Positions 1 to 10,895 are shown, counted from the first letter of the stretch. The stretch: 64,000 bases of DNA from an uncultured cyanobacterium (GCA_963749915.1 CAVVOP010000022.1:352001-416000), one strand, 5' to 3'. Made by a program: numbers and translations. The notes: a model not told the origin generated them from the letters alone.

Positions 1-262
1 ATTTAACGGATAGGTTAAGTTCGAGTACCATGCTTAAATATAAACCACCAGGGGGCGATCGCCAAATATTACCTCGTTGTCCTTTTCCTGCGGTTTGTTG
101 TTTAGCGATGACGATAAAAGGAGGCCTAATATTTTCTCGCCTTAATTGCCATGCGTGAGAATTAGTAGAAGGTAAGATGTCATAAACATAACCATTGATG
201 GTATTCTGTTTTACAATTAAAGAAGAAAAGTTTTTTGGTAAATTAAGGGTTATTTGTTTCAT
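1..262 (-). CDS. birA: Biotin--[acetyl-CoA-carboxylase] ligase, 5' part (runs off window)
   Basis: Not in ORF track; manual translation from ATG at 262: MKQITL...LPSTNS...IAKQQTAGKGQRGNIWRSPPGGLYLS, the BirA biotin-binding motif. Confidence 0.9.
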   Translation of the reverse strand, partial: MKQITLNLPKNFSSLIVKQNTINGYVYDILPSTNSHAWQLRRENIRPPFIVIAKQQTAGKGQRGNIWRSPPGGLYLSMVLELNLSVK

Positions 263-294
263 AATTATCATTAATTTTAATAAAGTTTTATACC

Positions 295-729
295 ATGTTA
301 GACGAACAAGAAAATTTAATTGATGTTGAAAAAGTTAATCATACTCCTGAAAAAATAAAACTAATTTATTTGGGAATTTTAGCATTGGGTATTAAGATAG
401 AATCTACCGTAATTCCTGTGAGTAATTCTGAATTAGATTTATTGATTGAATATTTGTCAAAAATTTTACAAAGAAATGATGAATTAATTAGAAGAGCTTG
501 TTCTTTATTGGAGCAAATAGAAAATTCTGATGATACCAAACATTATTATGGTATAGTAAGAGACTATCTTGATCAATTTTTAGTTTTGTCTCAATCTGAT
601 GAATTTTTAGATATGAATATTTCTCTCGAAAATCAATATTCTTTAGCCCTAAAAATATTAACAGATTTGTTATTTTATAGTGGCACATCAGGAAAACGTT
701 TTCTCAAACAACAATTACAATGTTTATAA
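295..729 (+). CDS. Conserved cyanobacterial hypothetical protein (DUF3038-like)
   Basis: 144 aa; C-terminal LTDLLFYSG..GxRxL motif recalled from DUF3038. Confidence 0.55.
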   Translation: MLDEQENLIDVEKVNHTPEKIKLIYLGILALGIKIESTVIPVSNSELDLLIEYLSKILQRNDELIRRACSLLEQIENSDDTKHYYGIVRDYLDQFLVLSQSDEFLDMNISLENQYSLALKILTDLLFYSGTSGKRFLKQQLQCL

Positions 730-818
730 AAAAAGTTACAAGGCACAGGGAAAACTACTTACTATAAAATAAACAAAAATGCTTTCCTCAATTTAACAAC
801 TTCCATTTATGATATTTT

Positions 819-1145
819 ATGAGCAAAAATTCTTTTGGAGTGGTATTGGTCACCATTGGTAATGAAAAAGAGGCCCTGACCATGGCAAAAACACTGATTG
901 AGGAAAATTTAGCCGCCTGTGTGAATTTTTTGCCGATTTCTTCTGTTTATCGTTGGCAAGGAAAAATCTGTCAGAGTTCTGAGTGGCAATTGATAATTAA
1001 AACCGATTTAACTCTCTTTTCGGTGTTAGCAAACAGAATTAAAGAGTTACATTCTTATGAAACGCCAGAAATTATTGCTTTACCTATCATCAACGCCTCT
1101 CAACCCTATCTAAATTGGATGGAAGAAAACATTATTAAGTCTTAA
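819..1145 (+). CDS. cutA: Divalent-cation tolerance protein CutA
   Basis: LAACVN, SVYRWQG, HSYETPEIIALP motifs. Confidence 0.95.
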   Translation: MSKNSFGVVLVTIGNEKEALTMAKTLIEENLAACVNFLPISSVYRWQGKICQSSEWQLIIKTDLTLFSVLANRIKELHSYETPEIIALPIINASQPYLNWMEENIIKS

Positions 1146-1160
1146 AAATTTTTAAAAATT

Positions 1161-2078
1161 ATGGGATATATTATTAGTACTGTCAATATGAAAGGAGGCG
1201 TCGGTAAAACTACTTTAACCGTTAATTTAGCCACCTCTTTAGCCAAAAATTTTAATAAAAAAGTCTTAGTTTTAGATTTAGATGCGCAAATCAGTGCCAC
1301 TTTAAGTTTATTGCCTCCTCACGAATTTGGCAAATTGAGAAAAAAGCGCAAAACCTTGAGTTATTTAATTGACGGTATCATTCAACCCAATCCTTATTCT
1401 AAATTGGGGATTCATGATTTAATCAGTGAATCAGTTTGCGGTTTACCTCAGTTAGAATTACTCCCCGGGGATATTGAGTTATACGATGAGTATTTAGTAT
1501 CGGAAATGTTGCATCAACAAGCCGTTAAGGAAAATCAAATCGAAAATTTTGAATCAGTTTGGAACACTTTTGAAAGACTTTTAATCCGCAATATTTTACA
1601 ACCCGTCATCGACGATTATGATTTTATCATTATGGACTGTGCCCCCGGATATAATCTTTTAACCAGAAGTGCCATCGCCGCTAGTGATTTTTATTTATTA
1701 CCTGCACGTCCCGAACCATTATCATTAGTGGGGATACAATTATTGGAAAGACGAGTTAAAAAATTAAAAGACAGTCACGGAACTAATAACCCTTTAAAAT
1801 TGAGTCTTTTAGGTATTGTATTTATCTTGTCCGAAGCAGGATTATTTGGACGTTATGATAAATACTATGATCAGGTTATCCGACGAGTTAAACAAGATTT
1901 CAGTATAGATCAACTATTTTCTACGGATATTCCTATGGATGTCAACGTCGCCAAAGCCATAGATTTATTCATGCCTGCGGTGTTAACTTCCCCCAATTCC
2001 AACGGTTCCAAAGCCTTTAATAAACTCACAGAAGAATTTTTGGGTAAAATTAACGCTTTTGCTGCCAATCAGGGATAA
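1161..2078 (+). CDS. ParA/Soj-family ATPase (no adjacent parB)
   Basis: Deviant Walker A KGGVGKTT, DLDAQ, IMDCAP. Confidence 0.9.
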   Translation: MGYIISTVNMKGGVGKTTLTVNLATSLAKNFNKKVLVLDLDAQISATLSLLPPHEFGKLRKKRKTLSYLIDGIIQPNPYSKLGIHDLISESVCGLPQLELLPGDIELYDEYLVSEMLHQQAVKENQIENFESVWNTFERLLIRNILQPVIDDYDFIIMDCAPGYNLLTRSAIAASDFYLLPARPEPLSLVGIQLLERRVKKLKDSHGTNNPLKLSLLGIVFILSEAGLFGRYDKYYDQVIRRVKQDFSIDQLFSTDIPMDVNVAKAIDLFMPAVLTSPNSNGSKAFNKLTEEFLGKINAFAANQG

Positions 2079-2221
2079 TTTGCAATGGACAATTAGACAA
2101 TTAATGGTTGGTAATTAACAAGGGACTTTCAACTAATACTTGAGAAACTATCGAAAATTGTCCTGACTTAATATATTTATTTTTGTTGGCAAATAGTAAA
2201 TAAAATTTTGTTGAACTTAGA

Positions 2222-2623
2222 TTAGACAATTTCTTTTTTACTGTTATCGATCACTGCACCTCTATAATGGGTAAGACGACCTGGCTTATAGTTGGGTGTT
2301 TTTTCACTCTTAACAATGCGATTATAATTAAAACCTCGATAAGTCATGGATTTTGTATTTTCTCGGTGGTCTTGGTTGACTGTATCTTTTGAGGCAATTT
2401 CTACTTTTTCGACTGTGTTTCTATTCCTTTCTTCCATTGAATTGACACCGAATTCTGCCAACTTATTAATGGATTTTTGAGTCAATAACATCCCTCCCAG
2501 TAAGATAGCTAAAAGAATAGGAGTAGGTGCAGAAACTAAGCCGACAATAGAAGCAATTATTAGAATGAACGCCGACACGGCGAATGCAAGACAGGTAATA
2601 AGTTCCATAATATTAACCTCCAA
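2222..2623 (-). CDS. Hypothetical membrane protein with two C-terminal YRG motifs (DUF4278-like)
   Basis: Two N-terminal hydrophobic helices; MTYRG and THYRG. Confidence 0.55.
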   Translation of the reverse strand: MEVNIMELITCLAFAVSAFILIIASIVGLVSAPTPILLAILLGGMLLTQKSINKLAEFGVNSMEERNRNTVEKVEIASKDTVNQDHRENTKSMTYRGFNYNRIVKSEKTPNYKPGRLTHYRGAVIDNSKKEIV

Positions 2624-2672
2624 TCTTTATTTTTGAATATAGGAATTGGATATAGAAAAATGTCCAGACTGA

Positions 2673-2775
2673 CACACCAATCCTAAATCAGTGGTGGTAA
2701 TTGATCTCCCCAACCCCTGTTATTAAGGTAGGAGTAATATTTGAAAAATACCATCAATCAAATAGGACTGCTATA
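2673..2775. repeat. Degenerate MITE-like element with imperfect terminal inverted repeats
   Basis: Left CACACCAATCCTAAATCAGTGGTGGTA vs reverse complement of right end TATAGCAGTCCTATTTGATTGATGGTA (18/27 match). Confidence 0.4.
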
Positions 2776-3244
2776 TAACTGTTCGAGTATAACAATTTTT
2801 CATACTTATAGAACAATTAATTATAATTTTTGATTTATGTACATTCCTGATCATATGATCAACTATTCTACCCCATTTATCGAAATATGTTGAGGAATTA
2901 TCTTGAATTTAAAGGTTTAAAAAATCTGTAAATTATTATCTATGCCTTATGCTAAAACAACTTTAGATAACTCTTTATTCCTGAAATACATCATATAAAT
3001 ATTAGCATCTCATAATATTTCCTACTTTTCCTAGTGCACGAATATTCTCGATAATGACCATAAGAATACAATAAAAATCAAGTATTTATACTCATTTATC
3101 TCGATAATCTAATCAAGAGAAAATTTATAGTAAACTAAGACTGAAATCTAAATCATATAAAAGTGATGTTATTCTACAATACGCAGAAGATCGAATTAAC
3201 CAGTCAATGTTAAACTTGGTGCAAAATTCAAGTATAAAAGAATT

Positions 3245-4519
3245 ATGTCGGCAAAAAAAACCAAAATATTATTTATACACCCCAATTTCCCTGCACAATT
3301 TCGTCATTTAGCAACGACTTTGGGGCAAGATCCCAATTATGAGGTAATTTACGCCACAAAGCGAGAAGAAGGACAAATAGGAGGGGTTAAGAAGATAATT
3401 TATCAACCCTCCAGAGAGGCGGGAATTGAAACGCACCATTATGTCCGAAGTTTAGAGAACAGTGTTTTACAAGGTCAAGCATTATATCGTGTCGCAATTC
3501 AGTTAAAAGACTTGGGTTTCTATCCCGATATTGTATATGGTCATTCGGGATGGGGACCGACTTTATTTATCAAAGATATTTTTCCCCGTGCTAAATTTCT
3601 CTGTTATTTTGAATGGTTTTATAATGCTCATGGTAGCGACGCCGATTTTGATCCTAGTGATCCTGTTTCGGCGGATGATGAGGCTAGAATTAGGGTGAAA
3701 AATGCCCCTATTCTAATTGATTTGTATAGTTGTGATCGTGGTTTATCCCCGACTAGATGGCAACGTCAACAATTTCCTCCTGAATTTCATTCGAAAATCA
3801 CCGTTTTACATGATGGAGTTGATACGGAGTATTTTAAACCCAATGCGGACACTAAATTAGTAATACCCCAAATTAATTTAGATTTAAGCAATGCAACTGA
3901 AATTATTACTTATGTAGCTAGGGGAATGGAACCTTATCGAGGTTTTCCGCAGTTAATTCAAACTATTGGTATTTTACAAAAACGTCGCCCTCATGCTCAT
4001 TTTATTATAGTGGGTCACAATCGGGTTGCCTATGGGAAACAATTACCCGATGGCAAAAACTACAAGGATTTGATGTTGGAAAAAGTACCTCTTAATTTAA
4101 GTAAAGTCAATTTTACCGGATTGTTAAGTTATGTTGATTATCTAAAAGTGTTACAGGTGTCTTCGGCACATATTTACCTAACTCGTCCTTTTGTTTTATC
4201 ATGGTCAATGTTGGAATCGATGTCCACTGGTTGTGTTGTCGTTGCTTCAAATACCCCACCAGTTCAAGAATTAATCCAAGATAATTATAATGGTCTGTTA
4301 GTACCTTTTTTCTCTCCAGAGGCCATCGCTGATAAGGTAGAATATGCTTTGGACAATCCGGAAATTATGGCAAAAATTAGGACAAAAGCTAGAGAAACCA
4401 TCGTTAAAAATTATAATCTCAAAGACTTATTAAGCCAACATTTACAGTGGATCAAAACAGGGGAGTTGAGAAAACCAAAACCGTCTACTCGTAAAACTAA
4501 GAAAGGGTTTGCTAATTAG
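3245..4519 (+). CDS. GT4-family glycosyltransferase
   Basis: HPNFPAQF, GHSGWG, RGMEPYRGF, PFVLSWSMLESMSTG motifs. Confidence 0.9.
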   Translation: MSAKKTKILFIHPNFPAQFRHLATTLGQDPNYEVIYATKREEGQIGGVKKIIYQPSREAGIETHHYVRSLENSVLQGQALYRVAIQLKDLGFYPDIVYGHSGWGPTLFIKDIFPRAKFLCYFEWFYNAHGSDADFDPSDPVSADDEARIRVKNAPILIDLYSCDRGLSPTRWQRQQFPPEFHSKITVLHDGVDTEYFKPNADTKLVIPQINLDLSNATEIITYVARGMEPYRGFPQLIQTIGILQKRRPHAHFIIVGHNRVAYGKQLPDGKNYKDLMLEKVPLNLSKVNFTGLLSYVDYLKVLQVSSAHIYLTRPFVLSWSMLESMSTGCVVVASNTPPVQELIQDNYNGLLVPFFSPEAIADKVEYALDNPEIMAKIRTKARETIVKNYNLKDLLSQHLQWIKTGELRKPKPSTRKTKKGFAN

Positions 4520-4524
4520 GGTCT

Positions 4525-4660
4525 CAATACTCTTTAGTTAGTCCCAAAAACGCCATTGTCGGGGAAATTCAGAATTCAAAATTGAGAACTAGAATTTCTA
4601 CAAATTCATGACCCTCTGTGCCTCCGGCCTCGTGGCTTCTCCCTTCTGACTTCTGCCTTG
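4525..4660. repeat. CAATAC-terminated MITE-like repeat, partial copy
   Basis: CAATACT...GTTAGTCCCAAAAACGCCATTGTCGGGGAAATTCAGAATT matches copies at 6179 and 10517; right boundary approximate. Confidence 0.55.
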
Positions 4661-5668
4661 CCCTGATTTACCCAATACTTGAGGCATATATCTATTCAAC
4701 AATTTTGACAGGGAAAGAGTGCAAATAATGGAAATAATTGCATAAAAAATTGAAATCAAAATCCCTTTCTCAATTATATGTTCATTTATAGCCAAAACAT
4801 AAACTAAAAAACCGGTTATCAAGGGGATTATCAGCAAATGAGTTGAAAAAATTACGAGGGTATTTTGACCAATACTTAATATCAATTGGTTGTAGGGTAT
4901 TAATTTAGCTAAATATGAAAAAGTTAATATTCCTGAAAATGAAGCAACATAGAAGTAAAAATAATTGCCAAAATCGCCGCGATAAAATTCCACTCTTGAG
5001 TTTATATTAGAAAAAATAATAAACAACACAAGTGAGATGACCGCCACATGCCATTTATGCCCAAAAAAACTTCCATTTTTTACTTGAGAAGAAAATAGAT
5101 AGCCGACACTGAAGAAAACAAGTCCCGTTATAGAAATTCCGAAATTCCAAGGAAGTCGGAAAGGACAAAAAACAGCGTAGAGATATCCTAGAAATGATAG
5201 AGATATTACTATCACAAGAAAGAAACCCTTTCTATGACGAAATGGAAATAAAAAATAGAAAAGCAGTTTGACAATAAATAAGCTAGTAAAAAACCAAAGT
5301 GCACCATTGTAAGAAAGCCAACCCTCACTTGCTGTGGCATATGCAATACCTACTAAATGTTTCAGGGGATCAAAATTTTGTTCTTTAAAATGCCTAAGCA
5401 GAAACAACCAAAACGAATAACTTACTAATGCAAAAAATACATATGGAATTATGATTTTCTGAGATAGTTTTTTGACTATCTTCATTAACTTCTGCTCATA
5501 GAAACTATTTGTCACAAATAAGCCCGATATGAAAAAAAACAGTGGCATATAGAATGACTTGATGTAGTCTATTATGGGAAATTCACCGATGCGCCCTGTA
5601 TGTTCTAAAACTACTAAGAAAATTCCCATAGCCCGTAAGTTATCAATCCAAAATATGCGGTTGTTCAT
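4598..5668 (-). CDS. Acyltransferase family 3 (OafA-like) membrane O-acyltransferase
   Basis: RIFWIDNLRAMGIFLVVLEH, FYMPLFFFISG, LWF; about 10 TM helices. Confidence 0.9.
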   Translation of the reverse strand: MNNRIFWIDNLRAMGIFLVVLEHTGRIGEFPIIDYIKSFYMPLFFFISGLFVTNSFYEQKLMKIVKKLSQKIIIPYVFFALVSYSFWLFLLRHFKEQNFDPLKHLVGIAYATASEGWLSYNGALWFFTSLFIVKLLFYFLFPFRHRKGFFLVIVISLSFLGYLYAVFCPFRLPWNFGISITGLVFFSVGYLFSSQVKNGSFFGHKWHVAVISLVLFIIFSNINSRVEFYRGDFGNYFYFYVASFSGILTFSYLAKLIPYNQLILSIGQNTLVIFSTHLLIIPLITGFLVYVLAINEHIIEKGILISIFYAIISIICTLSLSKLLNRYMPQVLGKSGQGRSQKGEATRPEAQRVMNL

Positions 5669-5920
5669 AACATCATCATAGAAGTCGATTAAATAAAGTC
5701 CACTCTACAACATTTTAGGGGAAAATTATGTAAGTATAAACACGAAACTTGATAAAATTTACTTAAAGATTAGTATGTATATATGTTGTTTGTAAGTTTA
5801 GCGTATCAGTGGTGTCTTAAACTGATGTGTGGAAGGTGGGTTATGATAGTTTATTGTTGCCAATTTTTTTGGTAATTAATAATGAAGATATAGAATAATG
5901 AAGAATAGGTTCTTGTGACT

Positions 5921-6166
5921 ATGACAGAACAAAATCAAAATAAACGAGATAAAGAAAATTTTATTTTTCCGCAGACCCGTTATCGTGGTGAATTTACTCC
6001 AGAAAAGCTAGTTTTCAACGCCAATTTACAGGAATTTGCCCAAAAAGTTAGTTATATTTGTAACTTAGAAACCAATGGGAAAATTGCCTCTCAAGATGCT
6101 TATAAAAAAATTAAAGACCTCTGGAAAGATTTAAAGACGAGTGTCAAAAATTTAGATCTACAATGA
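5921..6166 (+). CDS. Small conserved cyanobacterial protein
   Basis: YRGEFTPEKLVFNANLQEFAQKVSYICNLETNGKI motif; ATG at 5921 preferred over GTG 5915. Confidence 0.75.
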   Translation: MTEQNQNKRDKENFIFPQTRYRGEFTPEKLVFNANLQEFAQKVSYICNLETNGKIASQDAYKKIKDLWKDLKTSVKNLDLQ

Positions 6167-6178
6167 CAAAATCTGAGT

Positions 6179-6300
6179 CAATACTGCACGGTTAGTGCCG
6201 AAAACGGCATTGTTAGGGAAATTTAGAATTTAGAATTTAGAATTTAGAATTTAGAATATTGAAATCTGAGTTATAATTCTACCTTTGTAACCTTGTATTG
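6179..6300. repeat. CAATAC...GTATTG MITE-like element carrying (AATTTAG)x5 heptamer tandem repeat
   Basis: Ends CAATACTGCACGGTTA / TAACCTTGTATTG; five perfect AATTTAG units at 6220-6254. Confidence 0.65.
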
Positions 6301-6305
6301 TCTTT

Positions 6306-7331
6306 ATGTCTCGCTCTCAATCTTTACAATACTATATCCTAGCCCGTATCTTATTAGCACCCTTAATGATATGGACAATTATCACCATTGTTTTCCTACT
6401 GTTAAGGGCAACTCCGGGGGATCCTGCGGATGCCATACTTGGCACAAGGGCACCTGAGTCTGCTAAAGAGGCTTTGAGAGAACAATTAGGTTTAAATGAC
6501 CCTTTATGGTTACAATATTTTCGCTATTTAATACAAGTTCTCCATTTTAATCTCGGCAGTTCTTTAAGCAGTAGGGGGTTGAATGTTTGGGATGTCATTC
6601 AACAATATTTTCCCGCTACGGTGGAATTGGCGTTGTTTGGGATTCTCGTGGCGATCGCAGTAGGCGTAACTATTGGCGTTGTCTCAGGATCCCGTCCTAA
6701 CACCGTATTTGATTTTGGGGGGAGACTATTTGGCATTATCACCTATTCTTTACCCTTATTTTGGGTGGGGATGATCATGCAATTAATTTTTGCCGTACAA
6801 TTGCGGTGGTTTCCCCTCGGCACAAGGTTCCCCGTCGGAATGCCGACCCCTAAAACCATAACGGGATTATACACCCTGGACAGTTTGTTAACCTTCGATT
6901 TTGGTCAATTTTCCACCGCTGTCCATTATTTAATTTTACCCTGTGTCACTTTGGGGATTTTATTAAGTGGCATTTTTGAACGTATTGTTAGAGTGAATTT
7001 AAAAGAAACATTAAAATCTGAGTACGTAGAAGCCGCTAGGGCGAGGGGTATTCAAGAAAATAAAATTTTAGTCTCCCACGCCCTCAAGAATGCCTTAATT
7101 CCCGTTATAACGGTCATGGGCTTGACTTTTGCCGCTTTATTAGGAGGTGCGGTATTAACAGAAGTTACTTTTTCATGGCCGGGGTTAGGTAATAGACTAT
7201 ATGAAGCCATTTCCTTAAGGGATTATCCCACCGTACAGGGAATTATGGTGTTTTTTGGGGTAATAGTAGTATTTGCCAGTATTTTAATCGATATTGTAAA
7301 TGCTTTGATCGATCCCCGCATTCGATATTAA
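6306..7331 (+). CDS. Peptide/nickel ABC transporter permease (DppB/OppB family)
   Basis: PGDPA, EAA loop YVEAARARGI, HALKNALIP, FSWPGLG, DPRIRY. Confidence 0.92.
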   Translation: MSRSQSLQYYILARILLAPLMIWTIITIVFLLLRATPGDPADAILGTRAPESAKEALREQLGLNDPLWLQYFRYLIQVLHFNLGSSLSSRGLNVWDVIQQYFPATVELALFGILVAIAVGVTIGVVSGSRPNTVFDFGGRLFGIITYSLPLFWVGMIMQLIFAVQLRWFPLGTRFPVGMPTPKTITGLYTLDSLLTFDFGQFSTAVHYLILPCVTLGILLSGIFERIVRVNLKETLKSEYVEAARARGIQENKILVSHALKNALIPVITVMGLTFAALLGGAVLTEVTFSWPGLGNRLYEAISLRDYPTVQGIMVFFGVIVVFASILIDIVNALIDPRIRY

Positions 7332-7357
7332 AGTGAGTGAACTATTTCCCACAATGG

Positions 7358-7978
7358 CTAATTCAATTGTTCTTTAATTAAATCAATAATACTCGAACCT
7401 CCCCAAATAAAGGCGATAATAATAGAAGTGGAGACAATACCTGCTAGTAAACAAACCGTTAAGCCAACTAAGGTGATAAATCCATCATCTTCTTGTAGGC
7501 CGAAGGATGTTATGAAAATTCCTATTGCCGGGGCAGTATTTGTACCCGGAATTGGTATCATCATGGAAATAGCCATTAGTGCGATGGCAATACCAATAAT
7601 TAATCTACCCGGAATACTGGTGCAAATGTAGCTTAAACGAGGCTTTGTAATGGCTTCAATTCTACCCAGCCAAGGCAACCCCATCTTAACGAATTTACGG
7701 GCAGTTTCCGTCTTCATTGAGCCATTCATCATTTTTTTCGGTAGCCAGGGGATTTTTGAGCCGCCAATTAATTGTATAGCTAATAAAAATATTAATATAC
7801 CGAAGGGAATGGAATATCCGGGGGCAGGTATCGGTAGTGCCGAAGGTAATGATAGGATAACTAGTAAAAAACCAAAAGTTCGCTCTCCAGCTAAGGTTAA
7901 GATATCCGACAAAGTGACAGTTTTTGGTCTGTCTTCCTGAAAAAAATAACGGTTTAATTCTACGGATAATTTTGCCAT
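7358..7978 (-). CDS. exoD: Exopolysaccharide synthesis protein ExoD family
   Basis: GERTFG, LPSALPIP, PWLP, PIPGTN.P, EDDG. Confidence 0.88.
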   Translation of the reverse strand: MAKLSVELNRYFFQEDRPKTVTLSDILTLAGERTFGFLLVILSLPSALPIPAPGYSIPFGILIFLLAIQLIGGSKIPWLPKKMMNGSMKTETARKFVKMGLPWLGRIEAITKPRLSYICTSIPGRLIIGIAIALMAISMMIPIPGTNTAPAIGIFITSFGLQEDDGFITLVGLTVCLLAGIVSTSIIIAFIWGGSSIIDLIKEQLN

Positions 7979-8126
7979 ATATCTAGGTTTAATTAATAAT
8001 TGATAATTGATAATTAATAGGCCGTTATGTATCTAAATTTACTCGTGAGGAAGGAGAATAGCAATGGACAAGAGAGCATAATTTTTATTACTTGATATTG
8101 ACGCAAAAATACAGGTTCCGAAACCA

Positions 8127-9347
8127 TTATATAGACAAATTTTCAATTTTTGCTGTACCATTTTCTGAAATCCATGCTAGGGATAAAATATCTTCATTTT
8201 TAGCATAATCTCTAATGGTTTCTGGTGTGCGAAATTCTAAATCGATCTCCACTTTAACAATTTTTTCGCTATTTTTTCTTAATTTTTGGGCATAGTCGAA
8301 AGCCTGTTTCACTGCGGATGATGTTTCAGGAATCACAAGCCAATCGCTGGGAGGAGTTATTTTCGGTAAATAAGGACTATTTAATAAACAAGAATGTAAG
8401 TCTTCAATATTAAAGGAAAAACCAATACCTGGATAAGTTTTCTTTTGGGGGTGATAAATACCTAAAAGTTGATTATAACGTCCTCCTTGTCCTAAAATAT
8501 AGGGTTTATTACCCTTTAAACTAACAGCCTCGAAGACAATTCCTGTATAATAATCAAAGGTTTGAATTAAACTTAAATCTAAGGTTATGGGCAGGGTTTT
8601 TCCATCGTTATAATTAACTAATTCGATTAATGATTGAAGATGATTAACAGCTTTTTTTCCATGGTCGTCTAAGTCTAATTTACTCACTTTTTCCAAAACT
8701 TCTAAGGGATTTCCTCTTAAATCAAATACTAATAGGGCTCTATTTTTGAACTCTGATTCTAGGGGTAAATTCTCTAAAGTCACTCGATCTAAATTAGCTA
8801 TACAATTTAAAATATCTGATCGCAAATCCTCAGGGAAAACCGTTAATAAAGAACGAGTTAAACCAGCATCACCTAAGAGTAATTGCCAAGATTCTATACC
8901 TAAATATTCCAAACAGTCAGCTAATAATAAGAGGGTTTCGGCATCGGCTAAAACCCCATCGGTAAATAATAATTCAACCCCTGCTTGATAAAATTCCAAC
9001 TGTCGCCCATGATGCCCCTGGGGAGGATTTCGAAAAACATTGGCACGATAACAAAGCCGTTGAATAGTTTGATTTGTAAGACGATTAACCGCCGCTCGTG
9101 CGATGGAAGCAGTTAGTTCCGGACGTAATCCAAGTCGTCCTTCGCCGATATTTTGTAATTGTATTACTGTTGATGGTTGAATTGCTCCCCCTGCCATAAG
9201 AGTATCAACCCATTCAATGGTAGATGTGACAATTCTTTTATATCCCCAACGCTGGAATACTTCTTGCAGACGATCATTTATCCAACTTTTTTGTGTTACT
9301 TCTAAGGGTAATAAATCTCTTGCGCCTGCAGGTGCTTGATGAATCAT
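8127..9347 (-). CDS. hisZ: ATP phosphoribosyltransferase regulatory subunit
   Basis: PAGARDLLP, LRPELTASIAR, EFYQAGVEL, DYYTG, GGRY, IGFS. Confidence 0.93.
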   Translation of the reverse strand: MIHQAPAGARDLLPLEVTQKSWINDRLQEVFQRWGYKRIVTSTIEWVDTLMAGGAIQPSTVIQLQNIGEGRLGLRPELTASIARAAVNRLTNQTIQRLCYRANVFRNPPQGHHGRQLEFYQAGVELLFTDGVLADAETLLLLADCLEYLGIESWQLLLGDAGLTRSLLTVFPEDLRSDILNCIANLDRVTLENLPLESEFKNRALLVFDLRGNPLEVLEKVSKLDLDDHGKKAVNHLQSLIELVNYNDGKTLPITLDLSLIQTFDYYTGIVFEAVSLKGNKPYILGQGGRYNQLLGIYHPQKKTYPGIGFSFNIEDLHSCLLNSPYLPKITPPSDWLVIPETSSAVKQAFDYAQKLRKNSEKIVKVEIDLEFRTPETIRDYAKNEDILSLAWISENGTAKIENLSI

Positions 9348-9394
9348 ACTCTGATGATGATTAGGTTAATTTCCGCGATAAATCAAGGTTTATC

Positions 9395-10417
9395 CTACCA
9401 TAAAGGAATACCAAAAATTTTCGGAGCTTCTTTTTTCCCCTGACCATCTTTAGATTTATCTTTGGATTTAGCGGTTTTACTAACCTTAGTGGATTTCGTG
9501 GGTTGACTGCCCCCTGATTTTTGTTTCTTGTTGATGTCTTTTAACTCTTGTTTTGCTTGTTTAGCAATAGGATCATCACCATTAAGAACCATCGCTTTGT
9601 TAATATGAATGCGAGCGTAGGTAAGATTATTTTGTTTGATATACATAGATCCTAGTAAAGCATGGACAGTACTACTATTAGAATCTATTTTTACTGCTTC
9701 CCGTAAATCAATAATACTTTGCTCATAATTCTCATTTTCTGCGTTTTGTTTAGCACTACTAATCAATCTATCTAACCGGGATACCGTAGCCTCAGGAGCT
9801 GGCACATCGTCAGTGGTAGAATTGTCTAAGTTAGATGAAGAAATATCAATATTATCTGATGATTGAGAAATTCTATCTTCTGCGACGCTAATTTGTGGTT
9901 GACGAGAAACTCCTTTTACTTTATTGAGTTCAATATTTTTTTCCAACATTAAATAAACCATATTTAGCTCACTCATCAAAGCGATTTTAAGGTTTAATTT
10001 TTCTAAATCTTCATATTGTTCTGGAGCTAATTTTTCGATTAATTCATGATAAACTTTATTAGTGTTTTTTTCTTCTTGTAAAAGTTTTTTGGCACTATCA
10101 CTATTGATAGTAATTTTATAACCATTTGTGGCTAATCTTCTGCCAATTTCCGACATAATTAATTCACATTCTTTGCGCAATTTATCCTTATATAAATTCT
10201 CATAAGCGGGGTTAACTAATTTGGAAAGAATACTACTAGCACTTTGTTTTTCAGCTTCGGTTTCTGCTTGGTTAGTATCGGGATGAAGTTGATAAGCAAT
10301 TTTTAAATAACGTAGGCGAATATCTTTTGCATTGGCACCGATGGGAACTCCTAAAATAGCATAATAATCTTTAACATCGTATTTGAATAAACCATATTTG
10401 AGATCAGAAATCATCAT
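9395..10417 (-). CDS. DnaJ-domain protein with C-terminal TPR
   Basis: DYYAILGV...LHPD J domain; TPR-like helices near C-terminus. Confidence 0.88.
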   Translation of the reverse strand: MMISDLKYGLFKYDVKDYYAILGVPIGANAKDIRLRYLKIAYQLHPDTNQAETEAEKQSASSILSKLVNPAYENLYKDKLRKECELIMSEIGRRLATNGYKITINSDSAKKLLQEEKNTNKVYHELIEKLAPEQYEDLEKLNLKIALMSELNMVYLMLEKNIELNKVKGVSRQPQISVAEDRISQSSDNIDISSSNLDNSTTDDVPAPEATVSRLDRLISSAKQNAENENYEQSIIDLREAVKIDSNSSTVHALLGSMYIKQNNLTYARIHINKAMVLNGDDPIAKQAKQELKDINKKQKSGGSQPTKSTKVSKTAKSKDKSKDGQGKKEAPKIFGIPLW

Positions 10418-10516
10418 ATATTGCTCCTATAATAATTGATAATTAACAATTGATGATAAATAAAGTAAAAAAATAATTCAGTGTCTTGAATTGACATTAT
10501 AACAAACCTAAACCAC

Positions 10517-10662
10517 CAATACTGCGAGGGATTTGCTCAAAAACGTCCTCATGAGGGAAATGTAGAATTCAGAATGCGGAATTCAGAAGGAAAATTTTCA
10601 CGAATTTATTCCCTCCTGCTTTACCACCGCCAATTATATTTTCCAAAACCCCCGCAGTATTG
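10517..10662. mobile_element. 146-bp MITE-like element with terminal inverted repeats
   Basis: CAATACTGCGAGGG...CCCCCGCAGTATTG (13/14 inverted match); internal AGAATTC-type heptamers. Confidence 0.7.
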
Positions 10663-10682
10663 TTGCACTCTACCGTGGATGA

Positions 10683-10895
10683 TCAATCAACATTCCACCA
10701 GCCAAAAGCAGGACCAATAAATCTAATGGCGATCCAAGTCGTAGCTAATAAACCAATACCCACCCATGCACCGCGAGTGGTTAATTTATAAGCGTCCTCG
10801 CCTTGTTTTTTAGTTAACGGCAACCATGAGATAAAACGCTCTTCTTTACCGTAATCTTTCCCTAATGATTCTTTTCTTCTCTTTGATTCACCCAT
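10683..10895 (-). CDS. DUF2839-family small membrane protein
   Basis: MGESKRRK start (ATG 10895), TTRGAWVGIG, RFIGPAFGWW. Confidence 0.85.
   Translation of the reverse strand: MGESKRRKESLGKDYGKEERFISWLPLTKKQGEDAYKLTTRGAWVGIGLLATTWIAIRFIGPAFGWWNVD

Noticed and set aside
1161..2078. Plasmid or prophage partition system
   Set aside because: No parB, rep or phage genes; housekeeping context
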